DNA of 64,000 nucleotides from Trichodelitschia bisporula (lineage: Eukaryota), in NCBI GenBank assembly GCA_010356995.1, contig ML996687.1, positions 1,551,803-1,615,802 of the forward strand. The letters run 5' to 3'. The notes under the pieces are model-generated. The model was given only the letters and a program-made list of their open reading frames with translations. It did no database searches and was not told the origin of the DNA. Position 1 is the stretch's first letter; every line of letters starts with the position of its first letter. Positions 35,808 through 49,014 of this stretch are shown one piece after another. Made by a program: the position numbers and the translations under genes.

Positions 35808-38122
35808 ATGGCATCCACGATCAACAAGCGCCAGCAGGCGCGCAATGAACGCGCTCTTCAGGATTTAATAAAAACCGTTCCTGGCAACGATCGATGCGCG
35901 GATTGCGGCGCGAAGAATCCAGGTTCGTCATCCCCCTAATAGCTTGCGCCGTCGGACTTCCGCTAACTGCCGCATAGGATGGGCAAGCTGGAGCGTACGT
36001 ACTCCCGAGGACCAGCGTGCGATCGCTTTGATTCTGCGGGACTCTCGGCTGACAACACATAGCTAGGAATCTTCTTGTGTCTGCGATGTGCGGCGCTCCA
36101 CCGGAAGCTCGGGACGCACATCTCCAAAGTCAAGTCTTTGAGCATGGATAGTTGGAGCAACGAACAAGTGGAGGCAAGTTTTTGACTCTCTCGTCATCCA
36201 CCTGGACCATATCTGACGTATCCCAGAATATGAGGCGCATGGGCAATGTCGCATCCAACCGAGCGTACAACTCCAGGAACACAAAGCCCTCCATACCCGT
36301 CGATGTCGACGAAGTGGATGGAGTAATGGAGCGATTTATCCGACAAAAGTACGAGCACAAGGTCTTTACGGCCGACTCTCAGCCAGGTTCAAGGCAACAT
36401 ACGGGAAGCACGAGCTCCGATGATCGGCCGCCGCCGCTTCCACCCAAGCCAGCCAAACGCTTTACCCTGGGTCTGCGTTCTACCTCATCAACGCTCCCAA
36501 ACTCTCGTTCCGCCTACAAAACTCCGCCTGTGTCTCCGGGACTGAGCGGGTTCGGGAGCCGTGCGGAATCGCCTCCGAGGAACAAGCCTGCCAAGATCTT
36601 CGGTGCTGAGATTGGTGGCAGTCGGGACGACGGTTTTGAAGCTAAGCTCGCGACTTTACGAGACATGGGATTTCCAGATGAGAAGCGTAACCTGACCGTT
36701 TTGAAGGGTCTGAATGGGAATCTCAACAAAGCCGTTGAAGCACTCGTTCGGCTGGGGGAAGGAGTCAAGGAGCCATCGAGGCAGAACAATTCCGCTCCAA
36801 CATCTGGGATGGTCAATGGTGGATCGATTGAGAAGCAAACTCCTGCTAATAGGGGTAAATTCGCCGATCCTTTTGACCAGCTTGCTCTTCAGGAGAAGTC
36901 ACTGCCGCTGCCTCCAACCCCAGAAATTCAAAGCGATACCGCGGCCTCCTCTTCGAGCTCATACAATCCCTTCCTCCAGCCTGGCCAACCGTCGGGTTTT
37001 CAGCCACAACCTCTTGATCAGGCGTTTCAGAATCTCTCGTTAGGAGCGGCTCAGGCGCCAACCCAGCTCTTCCCTAACTCCACCGGAGGTTACAGAAATC
37101 ACCATGGCATGTCCGGCAACCCCTTTATGCAGGCCTCTACACCCCCCGTTCCTCAAGTACCGCAACAGTACAGTCAGTTCACCATACAGCAGCAGATGCA
37201 CCAACAACAACTCGAGGTGCAACAGCAACAGTATGCGCAAGCTTCAGCACCGAACCCCTTCCTGAGGATGTCCAGGTCCCAGATTTTTAACCGTCCGTCT
37301 CCTTTCGACAATCAGCCAGCGTACACAGCAAGCCATGATTCCGGAGCCCTTCAACAACCCAGCGCCAATGGATACCCATCAACCTTGCAGCATGCCTCTA
37401 CTTTTCCTCTGCAACTGACCCAGTCATCGTCACCACTTCCGAGCCACTTCCAGTCCCAGGTGCAAGCTCCCTCTAATCCGTTCCAGCAGCACCGATCGCC
37501 ATCTCCGAATCCGTTCCAGCAACAACAATTTACGGTTGCCGCTCAACACAACTTCCAGCCAGCCTTCCAGCAGCAGCAGCAGCCACAGCAGCCGCAGCAA
37601 GCGCAGCAAGCTTTCCAGCAAGCACAGCAGACCGGACAACTCGCCCATTTTTCACAGCAGCCGCAAACCATGGCGAACATGCCGCAACCACAAACGCAGC
37701 AGCCTTACCAGAACTTCCAAAATGCCTCCCAGTCTTTCAATGGGTCACAGCATCAGCCAATGCCAATCCGCCACGACAAGACTTCCATACTGGCACTCTA
37801 CAATCTGCCTCACCTTGCCCCGAGCCGTCCAGATGCCTACAGTGTTCCGGCAAGTCTCGATGGCGGGTCAGCGGACGCCCCGACAGGACTTAAGCAACGC
37901 TCGGTAACCATGCCGGTGACTGCTTACGGGCAAGCGGCGCCGAGCGCAAGCAGTACGAATCCCTTTGCCAGCATGGGCGTGCAAGGTGGAGGAGGCGGTG
38001 CATCTGGACAAGCCAACGGCTTCAAGCACGTGAGCACCGAGAGCGTGGACTTCAGCGGAAACCTGATGAGCGGACGGCACAGCCCTGACGCCTTCTCCGG
38101 ACTGAGTGCGCGTATGAGGTGA
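35808..38122 (+). CDS. GTS1: ArfGAP-domain protein with UBA domain and NPF/Gln-rich tail (Gts1-like); 4 exons including a 17-nt micro-exon
   Basis: [44 protein letters not shown] zinc finger, FIRQKYE, UBA MGF, many NPF motifs. Confidence 0.88.
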
Positions 38123-39156
38123 TGCTGACGATGACGACGATGGATACTTGTACTCTAGGTTTCTGTGGCTTTGATTACTGCTTTTTAGGCTGATGATGTT
38201 CCTAATTTTTGTTTCTAATGCCGAGGGTCAATGGATTTGGAGTGCTTCGGGGGTGAGAAGAGCAGCGAGGTGGTCGTTGGATCTATGTACGCCGTTGGGG
38301 GAAGTGAAGGAGTCTTAAGGCCCGTGGGGGGGGGTGCGTGTGCACGGGGCCTCTTCCGCAGAGTGGCTCGAGTGTATATATCAAGAAGCAAATAACAGCC
38401 CGGACACTAAGAAACGTGGAATGTTTCAGAGGATTTCGAGTAGAATGGATGGCAATCGGCGGTGAAACGTGCGACACGCGTTCAAGCTTCGTCCGGTAAA
38501 TGTTTGGTTTCGTTTGGCCAAACTTTGTTGCCTTCTCTAGAACACACGATATGGCTGCTAAAACAACTACGCGGACCTCTCCGCGCTCCCACACACGCCC
38601 CTACGAGCACCAGCCCAAGAAAAAGACGAGCCTCCGTCGAGCTGTATCTGCTTCGGACAGTTGAAGAGAAAATGGTTGATGCAACCGGGAGAGATTAAGA
38701 CACTTCAGGGGGTAAAATGAAGCAGTAGAGACCAAAGAAAAGGCACAGATCAAAAACATGTCAACCCAGCGCCCTCCCATATGCACCTATACTGGTCGTG
38801 AAGTCCATACCCTATCAAGTCAACTACAATGCCGAAAAGAAAAAAAGCCAGACCAGCGTCATGAATGTTTTCAGGGTATCCCATGGAGAACAAACACATG
38901 CTCCTAGCGTATGCGCGTCCCTCTCCGCAAGATTCCAGCGACAGAAGATGCTGCCATGGGCAGCGTGTATGTAAACACCGAGAACACCAAAGCACCGAGC
39001 AGGAGCCGGACCACGACCGTGAAGTGGTCAAAACCCAAGGCGAGAGAGTAGCTCTGACCCTGTAGGCACAAAACGTCAGTTCCGGTTGCTCTGAGAGAAG
39101 TGCAAAGAAGGTAACGTACCGCAACCAGGCCAGCAAGCTAAGCAATTGAGCAGCAC

Positions 39157-39729
39157 TCAGTTGGTAGGGATAGGCTTCGACTGTCCGTTGGACTCGAAAA
39201 CACCGCCTCCCACGCGTCTAGACACGCCGACGCCAATGCCAACGGCGGCACCAATGATGACCAGGGCGATGACGATCTGGACAGCGAGCCTCTGCCTCTT
39301 GCCCAAGCGTCTGAGGGGATTGAAGCTCCGCTGGCGTTTGTTCTCCTTGGCCTTGGCCTTGAGCGCGTCGCGACTCGGCCACATGGTGCAATCCTTTGTA
39401 CGCTCCTGGGACAGTTTGGTGTGGTCGCTGCCGGCGAAGTGGCACTGGGATTCGAGATCGTGGGCGTAGATTCGGGGGACAGGTTTGGCGTGCAGGTCCG
39501 CATCTTCAGGGGCGACAGGCTGGCGGGCGGAGAGTTGGGATTTGGGCGTCATGGGCTCGAGTCCTGCCGTGGATGGAATGGAACGCGGACTGGCGGGCGC
39601 GCCGGTGAGGACATTGTCTTTGGAATGCGCAAGATGGAGGTGTTGCGGCCGCTTCGTCGCAGGGTCGGGAGTAGCGGGCTTCTCGATGATGACGCCAAAG
39701 GTCGTCTTCTCGCTTTGTACGGTAGACAT
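39157..39729 (-). CDS. Hypothetical single-pass membrane protein (190 aa)
   Basis: ORF with DCTMWPS motif, basic stretch, then TM helix IVIALVIIGAAVGIGVGVS; CT-rich 5' flank. Confidence 0.75.
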   Translation of the reverse strand: MSTVQSEKTTFGVIIEKPATPDPATKRPQHLHLAHSKDNVLTGAPASPRSIPSTAGLEPMTPKSQLSARQPVAPEDADLHAKPVPRIYAHDLESQCHFAGSDHTKLSQERTKDCTMWPSRDALKAKAKENKRQRSFNPLRRLGKRQRLAVQIVIALVIIGAAVGIGVGVSRRVGGGVFESNGQSKPIPTN

Positions 39730-40558
39730 CGTTGTAAAATGAGCGGGCCCGTTGAGAGTCCCGAATAGACTGTCGAGAGTAATTCGGGCTCTTTTTCAAC
39801 AGGCGCGCGGTGAAGGTCGGAGACGGCGAGAGGGGGGGATGGCGGAGGGCAGGTGAAGTGTGAGGGAGAGAGTGACGAGGGAGAGGGCCGGGGGGGGACG
39901 GGGGAGAGGAAGGGCAGGGACGTTTGGTGTGCGCAGGGCTGTTTGCTCAATTGAATTAAAGGCAGGGCATTTTATCGTAAAGGTGGAAACGACGGTAGGG
40001 TGGAAGGTGCGGAGGATATTGCACTTGACTAGGAAGTTCGCAGAAAGGGAGGGGGAGGGGGTTTTTGAGAGAGGCAGAAAAGTAAAGGACAAAAAGGCAG
40101 GCTGTCAAGGGCTGGAGTTGGTATACAGTAGAATTGAGCAAGTCGTAACAACCTCAGCCCACTCTGCAAACGACTGCTTGCAGCAAGAGAGGGCAAAGGT
40201 GAGTTGGGATGGTGCAGACGACTGCAGCTCCCAGCGAATTGAGGGACCGAGTGGCTTTTTGGGGGGGTTGAGAAGCGGGCGGATAATGGCGGATGGCGCG
40301 CGTGGCAGGTGTCGGATGGGCTATGAAAAGGTGATGGCGGGATGGCGAGATGGCGGAGATGGTTGGAGGAGGAGGAGGAGGAGCAGACTGGCAACTGGTC
40401 GGTACGGAAAGGAAGGGAAGCGATGGGATGAGATGAAATGGGATTGAAGTGAAGGCGCACCGGACTGTGGGGTTGGACTGGGGATGCGAATACAAAACAG
40501 GCAAATGTCCGAAGCCTTTTTGGAAGAGAGAGGAAGACAACAAGACAGGCAGAGCGAT

Positions 40559-40576
40559 AGAGAGAGAGAGAGAGAG
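40559..40576. repeat. (AG)9 microsatellite
   Basis: Read directly from the sequence. Confidence 0.9.
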
Positions 40577-41529
40577 GAGGATTGAAAATTAGTACGGATG
40601 GTATGGAAGGAAACAAGATGGACGGTTGGGCCCGAAGAAAAGCGTTTGATCACGGCATTGACAGTGGCTTGTTTTCTCCAAGTATGTGGCATCAGTCACT
40701 TACGTATGCAGTAGATTTGACATTTTCAAGAGCCAAGCCGACGACATCAATACTTCGTAGAATGTCACCATTATGGGCCTCGTCAAAAGACGGCATGATC
40801 AGCTCGTCGCCTTTCAGCCTCTTTTCCTCTCCTTCTGAAACTTTCTTCCACTGCTTTCACTTCTCTTTCTCTGTCTCTTCCTCCCCTCTCCTCTCCTCTG
40901 TCTTGTCCCTTCCTCCTCTCCTCCGCTCCTCCTCTCCATGGCATCGGGTGTGCGTGGCAAAGCATAAAGTGCAAAGTCCAAATTGACGTTGTGTCAGTGG
41001 TTGCTGACAGGAACTTACGCACATGAGATGCGCCGCACTAGGCGCTGCACATGGGTATTGCATCCGCCTTGCATACTCGTGCATCATGAACTTGGCAAAC
41101 GCCCCCCCTCGGAGTGTTGGGATAGGCTTGGTGGAGCGAGGGAGGTGGCGATAACGAACCTATCGGAGTCTGGGCGCTAGAATTATCAAGAGCCTGCCTG
41201 AGCAGCTTTTGTGCCTTGTGCTTTGTTCATGGTGCTTGTGCCTTGCAGCTTGTGTTTACATCTGTAATACTTGCAGCTTCAAAAAAGACAAAAACAGATG
41301 AGAGAGAAGTCATGAATAACGGAAGTGCCGTTCAAACTAGGCAGGTGTCAACCCCGCCTATCTTGCACGATAGTCTATATCATTGGTTTGTTCCTGAAAT
41401 CTTGGCAACTCACTACTGTAAATGTGCATCTTTCCGCAACTCCCCGCAAGTCCACGATTGTGCCTGCCCGACGTGCCCGCTAGAACTAATCATGTCCACA
41501 ATTCCCCTCGGGACCCAGTCGTTCCCTCT

Positions 41530-41530
<1 letters not shown>

Positions 41531-41597
<67 letters not shown>
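41531..41597. repeat. Poly(C)/poly(G) homopolymer, 67 nt
   Basis: Uninterrupted C run; the true length may be affected by sequencing or assembly. Confidence 0.9.
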
Positions 41598-41599
<2 letters not shown>

Positions 41600-42108
41600 C
41601 ACACCATGTTTAGATCTGGCAGTCGCCGGACCCAATCTAGAGAGTCCAGGCTCTTAACCAATGCCCCAAGTCGGTCTAGCCATTATGTCGCTCTTTCCCC
41701 ACGTCTAAACTGAGCAGCCTCAATGCATGAAAAATGTGACGAAACAAAGAGAAAGAAGCTCATCAGGCTCCGCTTGTCGGCCCCACCTGCCACGCTTCAT
41801 GGCCCCTCCCGCATACTTGAACCCTCAAAGTACGTGTTAGCATTCGGTCTATCTCATACGTCACATAACCATTATAGCCAATGTAGGAAACGTTTTGAGC
41901 TCCAATTCTAAAAATGCCCATTGCCTTCCCCCCAAACCAAGCAGGTTAAAAGGTGCGAGTCTCTCCTTGCCTGCAGCACACTTGCATGTAGCATCTATCA
42001 AAACCAATCCTGGAGCACCCAGGTGGTATGCTGCGTGCCATGTCAGCTTCCTAAACGCCCGGCACACGAAATGCCCGGTTTTCAACAGAAGCAACACAAG
42101 AAAAATTC

Positions 42109-45100
42109 CTACTCCTGGGCATCAAAATCCTCCCTTCTAACCCCGCTTCGGTCGCACATGCTTCTGAATATTCCTCCAGACTCGAACAGGGCAATTGGCG
42201 TGTCGAGCTCCGCGATGCCCCCTTGGTCCATGACTACGATGCGGTCGTAGTGGATGATCGTTTTCAACCGATGCGCAATGCACAGCAACGTCTTGCCCTT
42301 GAAGCCGGAGGCAATGGTGCGCTGGATCATCTGGTCCGTATCCATGTCTACCGACGATGTTGCCTCGTCGCACACAATGATCTGCGACCCACGCACCAGA
42401 GCACGAGCAAGTGCCATGAGTTGCCGCTGCCCCAGCGAAAAGTTGAGACCTTCCTCCTCCACCACGCTGTCGAGGTGCACCCGTGCCGTCTTGTCTTCCA
42501 TGGACGCTTGTTGATCCACGAGCCCTGCCTGCCGGAGCGCACCCCAGAGCTCCAGGTCCGTGTGCTCATTGAACGGGTCGAGGTTCGTGCGCACTGTGCC
42601 GCGGAACAGTGTCGGGTCTTGCGGGATGATGGCCAGCCGGGACCGAAGGTCCGACAGCCCGATCTTGGCAATGTTGACGCCATCGATCTTGATGGAGCCG
42701 CCGGACAGCTCCACCATGCGGAAGAGAGTGCTCATGATGCTGGACTTCCCGGCACCCGTGCGCCCGACAACGCCGATGCGTTCGCCGCCCTTGACGTGGA
42801 GATTGAGGCCCCGAAGCACCAGGGGAAGGCCGGGCCGATATCTCATTTCGACATTGTCGAACACCACCTCGCCCTTTTCTGGCCACGACTCCGGCACGGA
42901 ACCAAGCTTGAGCGGCGCCTCCTCAGGAATCTGGGTCGAGTAATAGTGGATGCGCTCAGTTGCGTTCATGTTGTTCTCTACCTCGGCCAGCTGCCGGACT
43001 GTGAACTGGATCATCTGGACGATTGACAGGATGTACGAGAGCACCAAGCCGCCAATACTCGGGTTGATCGAGAAGCGGGATGTGACTACGAGGATGCCGA
43101 CGGTGAACACCAAGCAATTGCCGATGACGTCGAGGCGGACGCTGAGCCAACGCTGGTTGGCAAACGTCAGAAAGTACGCGCTGTTCATGCCGTCGATGGC
43201 GTTGCGGACCGACATCGCGAACCGATCTTCCAGCCCGTACGCCCTGATGGTCGAGATACCAGTGACGGCCTCGCTGAACCGGACGAAAACGGAGCTTCGA
43301 AGCACTGCTTCATGGCGCTTGATCTCACGTGCCGATGCGCGGTAATAAGCGGCTGAGAAGCAGAACCCGATGAACAGAGGACCGAGAGCAACGGCGAAAT
43401 AGTGGAAGTAGACGATGATGAGGATGAACACGGCGCTGATCATGGCGAGTGTCATGAAGTACATGCGCATAGCGTCGGTCAGTGTGTTGTCCATGACATC
43501 GATATCCTTTGCGAAGCGGTTGGTAATGCGGCCAAGCGGCGTGGTGTCGAAGAAGGACATGGGCGCTCGCAGGACGCGGTACATGGCGTCACGCAGCATG
43601 TGCTTGCTAGCTTGAGTGCCATAGATGGACAAGCTGACGGAATACAGAAACATGAGCACGGCTTGCGACGCCCCGAGACCGGAGTAAATGCCAATCTGCA
43701 CCAGTTAGCAAATTTCGATCAAGACAAGGCTGTCTGCTTACATAGGCACCCATTGACATGTGAAACTTGTTCGAGGTCCAGAACGAGAGCCACAAGCTGG
43801 TCGCAATGTTGGCACACTGCGTCAAGATGAGCAGGACGAGAACGAGGGGTGCAATGTAAAGACCCCCAGCGGCACGGACGTAGGCGATGTAAACTCCCCA
43901 TGAGACAGCCGAGACTGCCTTTTCCTCGATCGTCATGAGGGCAGCACCTTTCTTGGACTTCTTGACATCCTTCTTCTCCTGCTCAATCTCATCGTCAAGA
44001 ACCTCCTCCTCCTCCTCCTCTTGCTTTTCCTCGACCGCTGTGGTAGCCATGAGCCGCTGAAAGCTCTCGTTGTGGCCCATAAGGTTGTCAAACGTGTCAA
44101 TGGCCTCAATGCGGCCGGCCTCCATCCAGATGATCCGGTCGCAGCGGTTAAGCACATGGAGCTGGTGCGTCGCCAGAATTCGGCACTTGCCCTTGAGCAA
44201 CCCGCAGATGGCGTTGTCCATGATGTGCCGACCGACATGGGCATCCACGGCGGACAGCGGATCATCCATAAGTATGATGTCGGCATTGAAGTAGATGGCG
44301 CGGGCAATGTTCAGACGCTGCTTTTGGCCACCGGATACTGTGATGCCTCTTTCGCCAATTTCTGTCTGGTCACCATTGGGAAGCATCTCGAAGTCGGGGC
44401 GCAGAGCACACGCATCGACAACCTTGTCGTACCATTCTTGGTTGAATTCCTTGCCGAAGACGATGTTCTCCTTGACCGTGGAGTTCTGGATCCAAGCATA
44501 CTGCGGGCAGAAGGCGCGGGTGGCGCCAAGCATGACGGTACCACCAGTGCGTCGCATGTCGCCCGCAAGAGCGGCAAGAAGAGAGCTCTTCCCGGATCCC
44601 ACAGTACCAATCACGGCCACCAACTCGTCTCTGCCGGCCGAAAACTCAATGTCCTGAAGCTTGAATGGTTCCTGTTCTGCTAAGGTGCTAGTGCTGTCCA
44701 AGGCTCCAGGGGCACCACCACCCTGCGCAAGGGCAGCAGCGGCCTTCTTCTCCGCCTTGTCCGCCTTCTTGCCTTCTTTAAGCTGCTTACGGGTGCGAGG
44801 CCCGTTAGGAGTCTGGTCTGGATCCTGCGTGGGTGTGCGTTCCCAAGTGAAGCTCGCATCGTGCATGGCGATGGCATTCGGGTTCTGAAGATCCCACTCG
44901 ACCTCGTCTGACGCCTCCTCGGCCAGCAGAAACTCCTGAATGCGCGATAGGGACCCAAGAGCATCGATGATTTGGCCGAGAACAAGGGGTAGGAAGTTGA
45001 GAGGCATGCGCATACCGTTAAACAGAGCAAGCGATGAGAAAATAGGCGCCGGATCCAAGGCATGGCGGGACAGCGAAAATGTGATGAAGGCCAGCATGGA

Positions 45101-46598
45101 CGCGAAAATTGGCATGGACATGGAAATTGCGTTGATTGCATTGCGAGTCGCCAGGAGCGCCTGGATGGACCGAATTTCTCGCTTGCGGATGGAAAAGATG
45201 CGATCCAGAAAAGCCGTTTCCCAGCCGAAGAACTTGACGAAGCGCACCGCTTGCAGAATCTCCTGGGTCAAGCTGACTCTCTGGTCGGTGATTTTGTTGA
45301 TCCCCATTCTGCGCCTGAAAAGACCACGAATGGCACGTGCGAGGACTGGCATGGCGAGGACAAGGAGCGCGAAGCCGGCAAGGGCGCTGTAGCCCAAATT
45401 GACAATGAGGAGAATGAGTGTAACGACGATGGAAATCGGGGCGCACCAGATCATGTGGAACATGCCACAAGCCTGATCAACGCGGTAGGTATCCGTCGAC
45501 ATCAAGTTGATGATTCTGCCATTGCTCCAGCCACGGCCATCTCCCGCGACTCCTTTGCCCTTTTGCGGGCCCATTGGCATCTTTGATGCCTTGCGTTTGA
45601 GAATTTTCTTGAACCATTTCTTCTCTTCCTCACTGCCCGGCTGTACACCGGGAGGAGGAGCGGCGGCAGCGGCGGCGTCAAGAGACCGGCCACCCGCCTT
45701 TGCACGGCCTGAGAGTTTCATGGCCTTGTCGAAGATGACCGACATGAGGGCGGCACGAGCTTGGCCGCCATTGAGCATACCGCGGTACATGAAGTGGTTG
45801 GTGCAGAGATTCTGAAAGACTTGAAGGAGAGAGATTCCGATGACGAGGCCGATTCCGTCTTTGATTGGCGGAGGAGAACCGCCGGTATGATGCGCTCTCC
45901 ATGCCTTGCCGGCAAATGCGATTAGGTAACGGAGCAAAAATGGCGCGATGACCTGGATGATGGATGCTGCGAGCTGGCAGGCGCCGCCGACGATGAATTC
46001 GACCTTGAGCGTATCGTACAATGCGCCGACAAGCGGGCGTTTTCCTCCGGCTTCATGTCTAAGCTTGAAATTTACTTTTAGGCGCTGGGCGAGCACGTGG
46101 ACGCTGCGGTTGGGATTGATCTCCCACAGGTCGTTAACCTCCAGGGGCCTGGCATAACCGGTCTTGAGTATTGGTTAGCAAAGTACGGCCAACAGCCGAG
46201 GGAGCAGCTCTTTTACATACCGACATCAGCGGAGTCACCCATTGGAAAGTGAGTAGGCTGAAGAAATTCGCCGTGTATTCTCGTGACACTCCGCGCTCTG
46301 TTGGCACCGGTGGAGGATTCCTCTTGAGCGGATTCCAGGACTTCTTCTTTTGTTTGCCTGACGTCGGCATGTCAATCGGTTCGGCATCCAGGCTACTGAT
46401 GTCAGTCATGACGCCGGTCAGACCATCTTTCCGCTCCGGGTGCGCGTGTTTCTCGTAGTCGATATCGCCGTCGTCTTCAGAGGCACTTCCGCGCCGCGCC
46501 GTTGTTTGCGGGGGCGCATCAACGTGCGAGGCTGCATTGGTGGGGGCAGTGGCGGGGTCGACGCGCTTCTCGTCATTGTCCACGCCGGGGGCAACCAT
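42109..46598 (-). CDS. YOR1: ABCC/MRP-type ABC transporter, Yor1-like; introns 46220-46163 and 43741-43696
   Basis: TMD-NBD-TMD-NBD without TMD0; GTVGSGKSS, VSGGQKQR, LMDD; GRTGAGKSS, FSLGQRQ, VCDEATS. Confidence 0.9.
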
Positions 46599-49014
46599 GA
46601 TGGGTCACGCGTCAGGACCAAAGGGCGTGGGAGAGGGAAAAGGGAAGACGAGAGGTGTGCAATTTTATGGTCAAGGGCATTACGATGTGAGGCGGGGGAG
46701 GGGGATGGGTAAATATAAGGCCACGAGTTGAGGCTGGAGGCTGAAAAAAGGTGAACCGGTAGGATGCGGAGGTGGAGGTGGTCAGTCGGCGACTCGGTTG
46801 CGCGTTTGCGACCTGGTGGAGGTGGAGGACCAGGCCCGGCGCAGTGACGAAAAGACGCCTTTCCCGGCACCGACGATCCTTGTCGCGGCGGTGGTAGTTT
46901 ACGGGGGGGGGATCTGGAGGAGTTGGGGGAGGTCGTGATGGTGGTGGAAGAGGCGGGCGCTATGCAAACTTTGCAGGCATTCCTGCATGCCTTTTGCAGG
47001 ATGAGCAAGCCGGGTATGCTTGATGAGGCGGTTTTCCCTACGTCGGTGTGCGGCACCGGCAACAGTTTTGTTTGACGCCAGGAGCCGAAACGGCCAGACC
47101 AGGCGCTGCCGCTCCCGCTGCTTCAACAGATTCAACCAGCCTGCCCTATGCAAAAGTCACCAGCAAGTGGCCGGGAGCACACCTCAAGTCCGTCGATTGG
47201 AGGCGTGGAGGCTTCCATGGGTGGAGCTCCCGTTGCATGTTAGCTGCGTCACGTTTGGAATGGCGCCCCTAGGGGGAGGGGAGGGGCCTCCTGCTTTGCT
47301 TTCAAATCCACATTAGCCGAGAGGTTGGGAGTAAGATGGAGATGGCATTGGATTGGTGATTCGCCCATTGTCTATTGCACTCGACCGTTTTTGGTGCCGG
47401 TGATGGTGTTTGATGACGGGTTGTTTGTTGAAAAAAAGACCGACACTACAGTACTCGGACCCGAGTCGAGTCGTCGTTGATAGATGTCCGTGCGGGCAGC
47501 CACAAGTTGCGACAGGAAGCTCAGACTTGAACTACGGGGTGACTTCTTTGACACCAGCCTTGTGTAGAGTGCTTTGCAGGGTCAAAAGCCTGGTAACCGG
47601 TCACAATATAGCAACATATATCACACACATCACACACATCACACTTTTAAAGTAACAGCACTGCAAGATCTGAGATGCCTCCCGGGTATGATTGACCATG
47701 GGGGTACGGGTAGAGTACTGTACGGATGTACTGTGGCAGGTACCGGTTGAGGAAGCATTCAAGCAGCGCAATGACGAGCAGCGCCAAAAAGCAAAGCATG
47801 GCCCATTAAAACAACCAACCGTAACCGCCTCTCTCCCTCTTGATCTCGTTCTCGTTCCGCTCAGTTTCGCCATCGCCTTTCGTGCCGGTTTGCCGGAGGC
47901 ACACCCCATAAAAATTCGTCTACCACGGCAGGCCGAAAAACAGCAGCCTAGTTCCACGGTAATGCTTTTTAGCCCAATCGGCTCTCTGTATGCCTATCTC
48001 TCAGTAATTCAGCTCTCGAGCTTCCCAGGTTCTTTGGAGTCACTCGGATATTCCGAGTTGAAGGGTCAGATCCGAGTGACGGTGAAGGTGAAAGATGTTG
48101 GTATCTCTCTCTCTTGACCCCCCTCAACCCTCGCTATCCTTGCTACCCCTCCCCTCCCGCAAGGAGTACTACGTACGCAGCACGGTTCGACTTGGACCAG
48201 GCATCAAGCAGGGATCAGGGAGCACCCAAAAGCTTGATCAACGGCCCGCTTTGGGTGTCTCTGCCACAACCGGGCCGGTACCGCTTCAGGCCGAAACGGG
48301 CGAATGTCGTGCCACACATCTGCCTAGGGTCAATAATCGCGTGCCCCAAGCGACACCCCCAAACCCCCAACCACCCAGGCACGCCCGGCTGCAAACGGCC
48401 TTCCCAGACGTCGTGTCGCCTTGTCCAATCGTAATGTACTCACGCATCAAGTCTCGAGGTACCGTACATTCGATGCATGTACGCACTGTACGGAAATGCT
48501 TAGGACACCCGCAGCCGCAATCGCAAACTCGCATATCCCGCGATACCCGAAATATGCACCCATCACGGCATCTATAATGTCCGATGTTCCATCCCCGCAC
48601 CTCTTGACAATCTGCAGTTTCTCCTTATCACACAATCGCCCTTTCAACCTCGGACATCACTAGCCACTCGCAACATGGCAACCGAACGCAACGCGTGGCC
48701 CGTTCATCGCACAACATGCCCCAAGGCGGGAGAAAGCATCTTCATCCATTTCAAATCTGGTTCCTAGATCTCGGGATATCCAACAACCTATGAGCCATTA
48801 CCCGCCACCCTGGAGACTTGCTCTCCTACCCCGATATGCGGGACATACCACCCATCAGATACTGTAGCCGTTTACCGGTCCCTATTGGGCAGGATGCTGG
48901 TCCTGGCCCTCGGCACTCGCCTTCGGCCCAGGCGCTATGCCTCGACTTTGATGGCAAACAGCGCCCTGCGTAGGGCGGAGACTGCAACTCAGCCTCCTAG
49001 ATCAATGGCTCGCA

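Noticed and set aside
41413..41713. Poly-Pro and poly-Gly ORFs
   Set aside because: Translation artefacts of the poly(C) tract, with no other coding signal
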